From positions 116,810,001 through 116,874,000 of the forward strand of contig CM059431.1 in assembly GCA_030390025.1 (NCBI GenBank): 64,000 nucleotides of DNA, given 5' to 3'. Numbering within the stretch: position 1 is the first letter of the stretch; every line of letters begins with the position of its first letter. This document shows, piece after piece, positions 1 to 11,136 of the stretch. The translations under genes were made by a program, and so were the position numbers. Origin of the DNA: Squalus acanthias (taxonomy: Eukaryota). The notes under the pieces were generated by a model, which saw nothing but the letters and a program-made list of their open reading frames with translations, made no database searches and was not told the DNA's origin.

Positions 1-686
1 CATAGGTTGCATCCTTAAAACATTTACACCTCTCTAAATGCTGGGCGTAATTGATAATGTCAAATCAAATCACTCGTAACTGCTAGTTAATGAGTTTCCT
101 GCCCATCAGTTATAAAAAGCAGTTCTCCGCATGCATTCTGTATTCAGTACATGTATGCATCTGTCCCTTTAGAATGTACATTCCGTGCTGCTTGAAGCAC
201 TCATGATTGTAATTCATCTTTAAAGGTGTATTGGGTTGGTAAAGGTTTCACTGGTAAGTTTTCATTACATTCTCCTGAGGAACATTTTGATGCAGTAATA
301 GGCTGCAGGGCAGCAGTGACTCAGGAGAGAACCCTTGCACTGCAGAATTTCTTGTACTAAAATAGCTAACAAGAGGTTTCACGACTGAGGGGCTGTATTT
401 GTTAATATACAAATGTTGACTTTAGTGGAAGTAAAGAGATGTGATATTGTTTTCAGGGGGATAAGTATTGCAATCAATTCCTGATACCAGAATCAACATT
501 TGCTTCTCAACCCTGTTGTAAAAACTGCAATAAGGTGAACAGATTTTGCAGCTCAGCATATCATTTTTGATTCTATATCAAGTTGAAATGCAACAGAAAC
601 TACCCTCTTCCTTCTAGCTTCATATCCTGTTTGTGGTCACTGCAGGACATCGAATATTCTTTCAGAAACCGTCAACTTAAGAGGAT

Positions 687-1446
687 GGGCTAGAAATTGG
701 CCTCCTTAATGCCTCCCGTTATCATCTGCAGGGGGCGATAATGGGGTGCTAAGCACTTACCAACCGGGCGTGGCGAGAAGATCGCCTCCCGCTAAATTGG
801 GCGGGAGGTTTGCGGTGGCGGTATGGCGTTGCGGCCCGATCTCCTTCGCCCAGAGATCGTGACGTCATCAGCGTGCCCATCGCCCAGGTAGCGCCCCAGA
901 CCTGAACTTCAGTTCCGCCCCCTGCAGCATCGCCGGGCGAAAACACCGGCAGCTGCAGGAGGCATTCATCGGGAGGCCGGGTGCTTCGGAGGCGATACTT
1001 AAAGGCGAGGTGGCCGAGGTAAGTGGAAAAAATTCTGAAATGCTCGTTATCTTTTTTTTTCATTTCTCTTCGCCAGCGATCGATCAGCCCGGCACTCTGC
1101 TGCAGTGCATCGGGCTGATCAGGCCGGATCACGGCTGCCGTCGGGGGCCAGGTAAGTTTTTTCCTTGCCGAGCCTGCAGCGACGGCCCTTCCCTTTAAGG
1201 AAGGGAAGGAGTCTTCCAACGCAGCAGCGCTGCATGGCCCATTGTACAGCGCTGCTCACCTACCGCCCCGCCTGCTGCCTGCTACGCTCCAGGAAGGAAG
1301 TGGAACGCTTGATTTACTGCTCCACTTCCTTCCTGGAGCGCAAACACCGAATTTTTTAAAAGATGAAAAGCATTAGTGCCTGCCGCTAATTGTTTCAACT
1401 TTTAAAAGTTAGCCCCCCAAACGGGGCGATACCAAATTTCACCCCC
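687..1446. mobile_element. Non-autonomous PIF/Harbinger-type MITE
   Basis: Ends GGGCTAGAAATTGG / CCAAATTTCACCCCC; 3-bp flanks gat/aat; GC/CpG-rich block in AT-rich surroundings; subterminal similarity to 5240-6032 and 20820-21557. Confidence 0.8.
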
Positions 1447-1969
1447 AATTTGTTTTGTGTTTAAGATCTTTTTCCATGGGCTGCACGTTTTTTGTCCTCT
1501 CCATATGTAACATTTCTTTTGATTTGAACATTACATTGCCAACATTCATCTTCATTTTCAGTAGTTTGTAATATTTTCACTTGTCGCTTCATGACTTGTG
1601 ATCCAACAAGCCTGCCGTATAAGTTCAAAGACTTATGACAGAAATGCTTGAAACTATCCATACGGTAAAGATTTCTCATCCGACTCCAAAATTATTTTGT
1701 GGGTAAAAATTATTCCAAACTCTTCCACAACAAAGAGCCATCCCACAACCCCTTTCTCTATTTCCTCATCCTCACCTTCAGTGTAAAGTGTGAGGAGTCC
1801 ATGGATTATTTTGTCTTGAAGACCAAGACTATCACTCAGCTATCTACACCCAGCAACCTTCATATCCCAACCCATCTTCCTTTCACTTTGACTTCCCCGC
1901 CTCTGTCTCCTGTCCTCATCAAGACCATTTCTTCCATGAGGTCCGCCTCTTGTGCTTTTGGCCCTCTTT

Positions 1970-2415
1970 TAGAAACATAGAAACTAGGAGCAGGAGTAGG
2001 CCATTCGGCCCGTCGAGCCTGCTCCACCATTCAATACGATCATGGCTGATCATCCAAATCCAGTACCCTGTCCCTGCTTTCTCACACAGAATCCCCATCG
2101 AGCCTACACCGACACATATCCCACCCTATCCCCGTAACCCCACGTATTTAATTCCCCCTAACATATCCTATCCTATCCCCGTAACCCCACATATTTAATC
2201 CCCCCCTAACACTAAGGGTCAATTTATCATAGCCAAATCAACCTAACCCGCACATTTTTGGACTGTGGGAGGAAACCGGAGCACCCGGAGGAAAACCACG
2301 CAGACACGGGGAGAATGTGCAAACTCCACACAGACAGTCACCCGAGGTCAAATTCGAACCCGGGTCCCTGGCGCTGTGAGGCACCAGTGCTAACCACTAT
2401 GCCACCGTGTTGCCC
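1970..2415 (-). mobile_element. HE1-type V-SINE (tRNA head, V domain, CR1-derived 3' tail)
   Basis: Minus strand: A box TGGCATAGTGG, B box GGTTCGAATT, V-domain TGTGTGGAGTTTGCACATTCTCCCC...GGTGCTCCGGTTTCCTCCCAC, tail matching CR1 3' ends with (TTTCTATG)n. Confidence 0.9.
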
Positions 2416-2843
2416 TTAAAACACAACTGCTTCTTCTTCGCCAAATGCTCACTGACATCATCAATGGCTCACTGACATCATCAATGTCTTCCTTTCTTCA
2501 TGGTCCTTTCCTCTGCCCTGCAAAACTTCAATTAAAGCCTTCTCCTCAAAAAACCCACCCCTGAACTCTCCATCCTCTCCAAATACTGCCCCATCTTAAT
2601 CCTCCCTTTCCTCTATAAGGTACTCAAATGTGTCATTGTCATCCAGCTCTGTGCCTGTATCTCTTCTCCCTTCAGCTTAGTTCCTGCCCTGCCCACAGGC
2701 TAAATTGGTCAAAGTAAGCAACAACATCCTCAGTGACTGTGATCGGGATGCACTATTCCTAGTTGTCCTCCTTTATCTCATTGCAATATGCAGCATGGTC
2801 AACCATTCCATCCTCCTCCAACATCTTGTCTCTGTTGTCTATC

Positions 2844-3894
2844 TAAGAACATAAGAAATAGGAGCAGGAGTAGGCCATACAGCCCCTCGAGCCTGCTCTT
2901 CCATTCAATAAGATCATGGCTGATCTTCTACCTCAACTCCACTTTCCCACACTATCCCCATATCCCTTGATACCCTTAGTGTTCAAAAATCTATCAATCT
3001 CAGTCTTGAATATACTCAATGACTGAGCCTCCACAGCCCTCTGGGGTAGAGAATTCCAAAGATTCACAACCCACTGAGTGAAGACATTTCTCCTCATCTC
3101 AGTCCTAAATGGCTGACCCCTTATCCTGAGACTATGACCCTTAGTTCCAGACTCTCCAGCTAGGATCAACAGCCTCTCAGTATTTACCCTGTCAAGCCCT
3201 CTAAGAATTGTATATGTTTCAATAAGATCACCTCTTATTCTTCTAAACTCCAGAGAATATAAGCCCATTCTACTTAATCTCTCCTTATAGGACAACCCTT
3301 TCATTCCGGTAATCAATCTAGTGGACCTTAGTTGCACCCCCTCTAAGGCAAGTATAGCCTTCCTTAGGTAAGGAGACCAAAACTGTACACAGTACTCCAG
3401 GTGTGGTCTCACCAAAGCCCTATATAATTGTAGCAAGACTTCCTTACTCTTATACTCCAACGCCCTTACAATAAAGACTACCTACCATTTGCTTTCCTAA
3501 TTGCTTGCTGTACCTGCATGTTAACTTTCTGTGATTCGTGTACAAGGACCCCAAATCCCTCTGAATATCAACATTTACTCATGTCTTTTTAAATTTTTAA
3601 AAAATATTCTGCTTTTCTATTCTTCCAACCAAAGTGGATTATTTCACATTTTCCCACATTATACTGCCTGTGCTACCTGCTTGCCCACTCACTTAACCTG
3701 TCTATATCCCCTTGCAGCCTCCTCACAGCTTACTTTCCCAGCTAACTTTGTATCATCAGCAAACTTGGATACATTACACTTGGTCCCCTCAGCTAAGTCA
3801 TTGATACAGATTGTAAATAGCCAAGGCCCAAGCACCGATCCTTGCACCACCCCACTAGTTACAACCTGCCTACTCGAAAATGACCTGTTTATCT
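2844..3894 (-). mobile_element. 5'-truncated CR1 LINE (RT C-terminus and 3'UTR)
   Basis: ORF fragments QGSVLGP..FADDTKL and LYRALVRPHLEYC..RGDLIE; (TTCTTATG)n tail. Confidence 0.95.
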
Positions 3895-5216
3895 CCAAGA
3901 TACTTACTTCAAATTATTCAATTTCTAGCTGTCCCAACATATCCAGTATATCTCTTCTACTTCCACACGGTCTCCTTGGGAGCACCTGAAGGCTCCATCC
4001 TTGGCTTCTGCACTTCATTTACATGTTGCCCCTTGGAAATGTCATCCATATGCATGGTGACAACATCCAGCACTATCTGTCCACTGCCACCCTTAACTCC
4101 GTGACCATCACTGTAATATCCAATTGCATGTCTGAGATCAAGTCGTGTGTTAGCTGGAACTTTTTATGATTTAACATCAGCAAGACTAAAGCCATTCTAT
4201 TTGGCGCCCGCCCAAAAATCCTTCTTTTAATCCCTAATTATATCACCATCTACGGCTGCTCCCTCAGGTTGAATCTGACAGTGTGCAACGCCAATGTCCT
4301 GTTTCACCCTGAGCTAAGCTTCAAAATCGATGAACTATCCATCACCAAGATTGCTTAATTTCACCTCTGTTAATTTGCCCACTTCTGGAGTTACTTCATG
4401 CCACTGCAGCTGAAACTCTCATTCATGCCTTCATCACCTCCGGGCTCAACTTCTCCAATGTTCTTCATGTTGGTTTCCCAATTCCCAACCTACATGAACT
4501 CAAACTCATCCGAAATTCTGCTACCTGCACCCTATCCCACATTAAATCTGGCTCCCGAATCAGCTCTGTCCTGGTCAACCTTCATTCACCTCCCATCTCC
4601 CAATACAAAATCATTGTCCTCATTTGCACTCCTTCCAGGGATAAAGAGATGCAGCTTTACTTCACCCCACTTCTGCAACCTTCTCCAGTGCTATGTGCCA
4701 CTCCTGCTCCTCTTGTCGTCATAGGAAGGTGCTTTTGGAAAAAAAAAACTTACTTCTGGTTGACGGCTGCCACTAAACAATCTTGAGCAATGCAAGCCCG
4801 AAGCCTGCCTCGCTCATGAGGTGACTAATTTAGGAAAGGAGTCTTTTAAAAGGTGTTAGGACTTCACCAGCCTTTGCAGCTTTGGTGGAAACTCAATTGG
4901 ACTCAAACCTGTGCTCCTCCTTGTAGAGGCAGATTGCTGCCTTGTAGGTGAATGCTCACTTCCCAGGGAGCTGCTACAATGCCTTTATTCGACACACTGT
5001 GTGCAGCACACAAATGTCTGCACATACATTTGATGCTCTGCAAGCATTCTTCTTTTAAAAGCAGGAACCTTGAGATCTGGACTCCCAAAGATTTCAGCTG
5101 AGGGGCAACAAATTACTGGCTCTCTGATCAGCAACATCTTCCTCCTCATGTTCCACCACCAGCTGCCTCTGCTCACTCAAGCTCTGTGTATCACCCATTG
5201 CATTCCTCTCTGGCTC

Positions 5217-5628
5217 ACATAGAGTCATAACAGAGTCATGGGGGAAAAATTCAGTATCGCCCCGTTTAGGGCGCGATTATCAACCGGGCGCAAAGTTTAG
5301 CGCCTGCCGCTAATTATCGCCTCCAACTGCAAACTTGACTTTTATCGCCCCTGGAGGTGATTGGAGCGCTAAATCAGGCGCTACACACCTCTCTTAAGGC
5401 GCAAAGGCCGAGGAGCGAGGCGCTACCTCAGAGCGCTGGCGAATCTCGGCCTGGAGAGACCTGTACATCAAATCTGCTGGAAAGAACAATGGAGAGACCC
5501 AGGGAAAGAGCTCAGAGTGCAGCCCCACAGTCTCTTCTAAATCGATACAAGGAAGGGCAAATCAAAATTAACCTGCAAAGTGCTGCTCAGTACCCAAAAC
5601 TCCTTCACGCAGCATTGAATCTCTCCAG

Positions 5629-5663
<35 letters not shown>

Positions 5664-6545
5664 AATGCGTGGTGTAAAAATGTCACCAACAAAAAAAGGC
5701 AGGAAGCGGTCGCCTTTAAATAGCGCTCCCCCAGTCCCTTCCTGACTGCAAAACACTCCCCTCAACCTGTCGTTGCTAGCGTCAGGCGGTAAGGCAGGGG
5801 GCGTTACTCAATATCCGGTCTGGGGCGCTACTGGGGTGTTGCACACTCAACTGACGTCACGATCTGCCGGCGCAGGAGATCGTGGCGGCACTGTTTAGCG
5901 CCGCCGCAAAATGTCTAGTAAATTTTGTGAGCAGCGCAAACATCGCCGCGCACAGGAGCTAGTTGCTTTGCGCCCCATTAGCGCCCTCTTAAGGCGCTAA
6001 CGGGAGGCGCAAACCAACTGAAATTTTCCCCCATAGAGTCATAACGGCACAGAAGGAGGCCATTCGGCCCATCAAGTCCGTACCAGCTCTCTGTAGAGCA
6101 ATCCAGTCAGTCCCAGTCCCCCGCTCTATCCCCGTAGCCCTGCAAGTTTATTTCCCTCAAGTGCCTATGCAGGCTCCCTTGAAATCATTGAGTGTCTCCA
6201 CTTCCACCACTTCCGTCGGCAGTGAGTTCCTTCCTGACCCACTCTGCTTATTTTTACCTAAAACTCTACTCTGCTCTAGAGCCTTGACATGTCTCTTGCT
6301 GCTTTTAAATTTACTCTTTCCTGAATCCTCCCAACCCCCCTCTCTACTGCCCTAGTTATTCGATTCGCCAGGACACTGGACCCAGCCCGGATTTAAGTGG
6401 AGCCAGTCCCATCGGGACAGCTCCCTCTTTCCCCAGTACTGGTGCCTGTGCCCCATGAACTGAAACCCCTTCCTCCCACCCCACTCTTTGAGCCATGCAT
6501 TTAAAGCTCTAATCTGTTTGTCCGTATGCCAAAACACTCTAATTC
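5217..6545 (-). mobile_element. CR1 fragments (3' tail plus ORF1 C-terminal piece), interrupted by a MITE
   Basis: (ATAGAGTC)n tail and ggccattcggccc 3'UTR; ORF 6352-6549 (LNAWLKEW..GFQF..DWLHLN) resembles the CR1 ORF1 esterase. Confidence 0.75.
5240..6032. mobile_element. Harbinger-type MITE, copy A
   Basis: TIR GGGGGAAAAATTCAG / CTGAAATTTTCCCCC; inserted in a CR1 tail repeat; reverse-complement homologue at 7433-8318; internal (CT)n. Confidence 0.9.
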
Positions 6546-6849
6546 CCACAGACGGGATGGATGTCCATGAGCTGGTACAAAGGAGAAATAGACTAAGTGA
6601 CTACATCTGCCCTGAATTAGAATCATAGAATCATAGAATGGTTACATCATGGAAGAAGGCCATTCGGCCCGTCGAGCCCGTGTCGGCTCTCTGCAAGAGT
6701 ACTTCAGCTAGTCCCACTCCCCTGAATTACTGGCTGAGCCTAATTGTTTTTTGCGCACATCTAGATGAGGAAAACAAGAAGAGAGAATAGAATGGATTTG
6801 CTAATGAGCAGAATTCACATGTTACTTTCAATTAAAGAGTGGCATAAGG

Positions 6850-7375
6850 ACAACAACAACAACTTGCATTTATATAGCGTAAAAACGTCCCAAGGCAATT
6901 CACAGAAAAAATTTGACACCAAGCCACATAAAGAGATATTAGGACAGGTGACCAAAAGCTTGGTCAAAGAGGTAGGTTTTAAGGAGCGACTTAAAGGAGG
7001 AAAGAGAGGGAGAAGATGGAGAGGTTTAGGCAGGGAATTCCAGAGCTTAGGGCCGAGGCAGCTGAAGGCACGGCCACCAATGGTGGAGCGATTATAATCA
7101 GGGATGCTCAAGAGGCCAGAATTGGAGGAGTGCAGAGATCTCGGAGGGTTGTAGAGCTGGAGGAAGTTACAGAGATAGGGAGATGCGAGGGCCATGGAGA
7201 GTTTTGAACACAAGGATGAGAATCTTAAATTTGAGGCATTGCCGGATCAGAAGCCAATCTGGATTACCGAGCACAGGGGTGATGGGTGAATGGGACTTGG
7301 TGCGAGTTAGGATACGGGCAGCAGAGTTTTGAATGAGTTTAAGTTTACAGTGGAAGGTGGGAGGCCAGCCAGGAA
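6850..7375 (-). mobile_element. L2 LINE 3' end
   Basis: ORF 6815-7213 contains the GGRAFSCLGPKLWNSLP motif; tail gctatataaatgcaagttgttgttg. Confidence 0.9.
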
Positions 7376-7432
7376 ATCACAAGTTGCTGCCATGACACAT
7401 GGTGTCCACTAGGATGAGAGGGAAAAGAAATA

Positions 7433-8318
7433 GGGGGAAAAATTCAGTTGGTTTGCGACTCCCGTTAGTGCCTTAAGAGGGCGCTAATGGGGCGCAAAGC
7501 AACTAGCGCCCGGGCGCGGCGATATCTGCGCCTCTCGCGAAATTGACCAGACATTTTGCGGCGGCGCTAAACACTACCGCCACGATCTCCTGCGCCGGCA
7601 AATCGTGACGTCAGTCGAGTGCGCAACGCCCCAGTTGCACCCCAGAGCAGATATTGAGTGGCGCCCCCTGCCTTACTGCCTGCCGCTAGCAGCGACAGGT
7701 TGAGGGGAGCGTTTTGCAGTGAGAAAGGGACTGGGGGAGCGCTATTTAAAGGCGAACGCTTCCTGCCTTTTTTTGTTGGTGACATTTTTGCACCACGCAT
7801 TCTGAGAGAGAGAGAGACTTCTGGAGAGATTCAATGCTGCGTGAAGGAGTTTTGGGTACTGAGCAGCACTTTGCAGGTTCATTTTGATTTGCCCTTCCTT
7901 GTATCGATTTGGAAGAGGGGGGGCTGCACTCTGAGCTCCTTCCCTGGTTCTCTCCATTGTTCTTTCCAGCAGATTTGATGTACAGGTCTCTCCAGGCCGA
8001 GATTCAAGGCTGCAATGAGCAGGATGTGGATGGAGAGCAAGATCAACCCTCCCATTTAAGAACTGGCCGGCACCATTGTGTCTGTGTTCCATTGCTGACT
8101 GACATCACATGAGCTTCGCCAGCGCTCTGAGGTAGCGCCTCGCTCCTTGGCCTTTGCGCCTTAAGACAGGTGTGAAGCGCCTGATTTAGTGCTCCAATCA
8201 CCTCCAGGGGCGATAAAAGCCAAGTTTGCAGTTGGAGGCGATAATTAGCGGCAGGCGCTAAACTTTGCGCTCAGCCGATAATTGCGCCCCAAACGGGATG
8301 AAACTTAATTTTTCCCCC
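7433..8318. mobile_element. Harbinger-type MITE, copy B (inverted relative to copy A)
   Basis: TIR GGGGGAAAAATT / AATTTTTCCCCC; perfect ATA 3-bp TSD. Confidence 0.92.
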
Positions 8319-10279
8319 ATAGAATTTCACACCAAAGCTGCAGCTGGCATGTACCATCCTGCTTCCCCATATCTGACACCATACTTGATTCCCCACCCCA
8401 CCCCCTCACACCCACCCAAAGGATTTGAAGAGTTTACTCATAGGGAAAGAAAGCAGAAGTTTGTGAGACTGTCACCTGTCGCAGAACTTGCGCTAGGGTT
8501 AATGTCTTTCTTCCCCTTCTAAATGACTGCAAGAAGTGAGAATTGCCTTCGGTTATCATAAGATGCAGTAAACCTAGGTGTCAGCATGCAGCCAACTGGG
8601 TGTGATGGCAGGTATATGCATCATCAAATCCAAGTGGGGTCTTTAGTATGGTGATTGCATGTAAGACTGTGAATGGATGGACAATTCCAGGTGAAGGCTA
8701 GGATGTGGAGGGCCTCCTGGGCATTGATGGTAAGCAGTTCAAACACTTTGCTACAGTGTAAGGAGAGATCGCTGTAACTGACTGACATGCTTAGGGCAGT
8801 GTGGGGTAAAAATTGGGCTTCCTCATTCCTGGTGAAAGATGGAATTGCATACTGAGAAATTACGCATCGAGAGTCCCTGATTTCTGTCTATTAATTTTAA
8901 TGGATGAAAATTCATGATCTGGTTTCACACAGTTGTGTCCTACATGTGTTGAGGGAGGAGAAGTGAAACTTCTATCTCTGTATTTTTGGAAGGTGTGGCT
9001 GTTACCTCTTACCTTGCCTGGCCTGTTAAGGTCAGTCAACTTTTCTGGCACTGAGTTGAAGTTTGTGCTGCAGTGGGGTGGGGGATGTGGTAAATCACAT
9101 TGGCACTGACCGACCTGTCCATCTCCTTCCTTTGCTCCTGTCTCTTCTTGGGGCTCTATGTTGTTCTGGAGCAGACCTTGCATCCCTCCTCTGTCCAACT
9201 TACTTCAGGTGGCAGCTGTATCAGTGTATATTTGGGCTTTCTGCTCTCCTGCAGACCTCACTGACATGCTTTGACAGGAAACCAAAACATTAGTTTTTTT
9301 TCCCTCCGAGTCAGACAATCTCTGAAATCATTATTCATATTATAATTTTGCTGCCAAGCAATCTTTATTTAAAAGAATAACCTTTTGACCCCTAGTCTAG
9401 CTCAGGAACGATTGGTTTCTATTTCAGAAAATGATTTCTGCCTTATCGCATCACAGCAATAATGTGTCTTTGTATGATCTCACAGGTCTAGACAAAAAAC
9501 ATTGTTTTATATGCCTGACAAGTTCTTTGCTGGCACATCTTTGTCGTCATTATGACTTCCAAATTATTGGGGTCTGATGTGTGGGCCATCGAATGTTATG
9601 GCAATCATCTACAAATTGTTTCTCAATAAACATGCTAATGACATCAGAATTATTATGAGTAAAATCATTATTAAGCATCAACATCATGACGAACAGCTAA
9701 AATACATAAAGACAGCTATACAGCGTGGGGAATCAGCTGCCAATTATTTGTTTACATGGCTTAAGACAATCTCTCAATGTGCTACTACCTTGTTGCAAGC
9801 TCCTTAATGCATATTATTCTATGTCAACATTTTAACATGTTTGCTGCTTTTGGCATTAGAAATGCTAAATGTAACAGGAGTTTCAGGATAAATTGCAAAT
9901 ATTCCCATTCTAGGAGTCAGTGGTCCACAGACAGCCTTCTTTATCCTCGCGGAACAACCAACAAGAGCTGTGATTTCTGCAGGGAGGGTTGGTTATGCTA
10001 GTTGTTGCTTTTACCCGAAATGAAGCAATCAACATGAAGGCAGGTGGTGTATGCAGCTGAGCAGTTTAGAAACAGTGAGACTCACTGCTTAGCAATGGCA
10101 GATGAGATTGGCTTACAAGCATGTGGGCCATCTGGTCATTGGTTATTTTAATCTCTGAGGTGCATCGATATTTTTGTTGAAGTACTGTTCTGTGAACAAG
10201 ATTAAAGTCGAAACACACTGCAACTAATATCATCAGAACATTAAAAAAAATCTGGAAATCACAAAACATTACTAATGAA

Positions 10280-10580
10280 TCATAGAATCTCAGAATTTCA
10301 GCGCACAGATGGCGGCCAATTGATTCATCTTGTCAGTGCCAGCTCACTGAAAGAGCTATTGACTTAGTTCTATTCCCTTGCCTTTTCCCTATACCCATTT
10401 ACATTTTTCTTTTTCAAACATTTATCCATTTCTCTTTTAAAATCTTTGATGGATTTTACTTTTTCTGTCCTAACAAACCTCTGCATGAAAAAAAATCTCT
10501 TAATCTCTCCATTCATTCTTTTGGAAGTGTCTTAATTTTGTACCCTCTAATTAGCAGCTCTCCGACCATTGGAAATAGAT
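10280..10580 (-). mobile_element. Old CR1 3' fragment
   Basis: (ATAGAATC) tail and degenerate CR1 3' sequence. Confidence 0.6.
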
Positions 10581-10680
10581 TAGAAGGGGGATGAGCGTGG
10601 GCCAACAATGGCTGCAGTCTTAATGTGGAGACAGGAGAAGTACCCCTGCTTCTCCGGGCTCAACATCAAAGTACGTTAAA

Positions 10681-11136
10681 GAAAGAAAGACTTGCATTTA
10701 TATAGTGCCTTTCGTGACCACCGGACGTCCTAAAGTACTTTACAACCAATGTACTTTTGAAGTGGAGTCACTGTTGTAATGTAGGAAATGTGGCAGCCAA
10801 TTTGCACACAGCAAGCTCCCACAAACAGCAATGTGATAATGATCAGATAATCTGTTTTTGTTATGTTGATTGAGGGATAAATATTGGCCAGGGCACCGGG
10901 GATAACTCCCCTGCTTTTCTTCAAAATAGTGCCATGGGATCTTTTACGTCCACCTGAGAGAGCAGGCGGGGCCTTGCTTTAACGTCTCATCCAAAAGACG
11001 GCACCTCCGACAGTGCAACACGTCCTCAGTACTGCACTGGAGAGTCAGCCTAGATTTTTGTGCTCAAGTCTCTGGAGTGGGACTTGAACCCACAACCTTC
11101 TGACTCAAAGTGCTACCAACTGAGCCACAGCTGACA
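10681..11136 (-). mobile_element. SacSINE1-like Deu-domain SINE
   Basis: tRNA head (TGGCTCAGTTGG, GGTTCAAGTCC), Deu-domain core (AAAAGATCCCATGGCACTATTT..GGCCAATATTTATCCCTCAA), L2-type tail; lies inside a degraded MITE ending GAAATTAAGCCCC at 11374. Confidence 0.88.

Larger units (their letters stand above)
1650..4720 (+). mobile_element. Old degraded L2 LINE ORF2 fragment, interrupted by an HE1 SINE and a CR1
   Basis: C/T-rich + strand with L2-type remnants (KTKAILFG ~4180; AAETLIHAFITSR ~4405); many stops and frameshifts; boundaries approximate. Confidence 0.65.

Noticed and set aside
749..1359. ORFs of 62-156 aa in the GC-rich block
   Set aside because: They lie inside a MITE, show no domain motifs and are expected from high GC content
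687..1446. CpG island or host gene promoter
   Set aside because: Bounded by TIRs and homologous to other MITEs in the window
2340..2415. tRNA gene
   Set aside because: It is the tRNA-derived head of the HE1 SINE
2447..2486. 20-bp tandem duplication
   Set aside because: Simple slippage in a dead L2
4770..5215. Possible old Zenon-like LINE 3' fragment
   Set aside because: Similarity too weak to support by eye
5237..6035. 2-bp AT TSD suggesting the ISL2EU group
   Set aside because: The sister copy has a clean 3-bp ATA TSD and relatives have TAA or TAT, so a mutated 3-bp TSD is more likely
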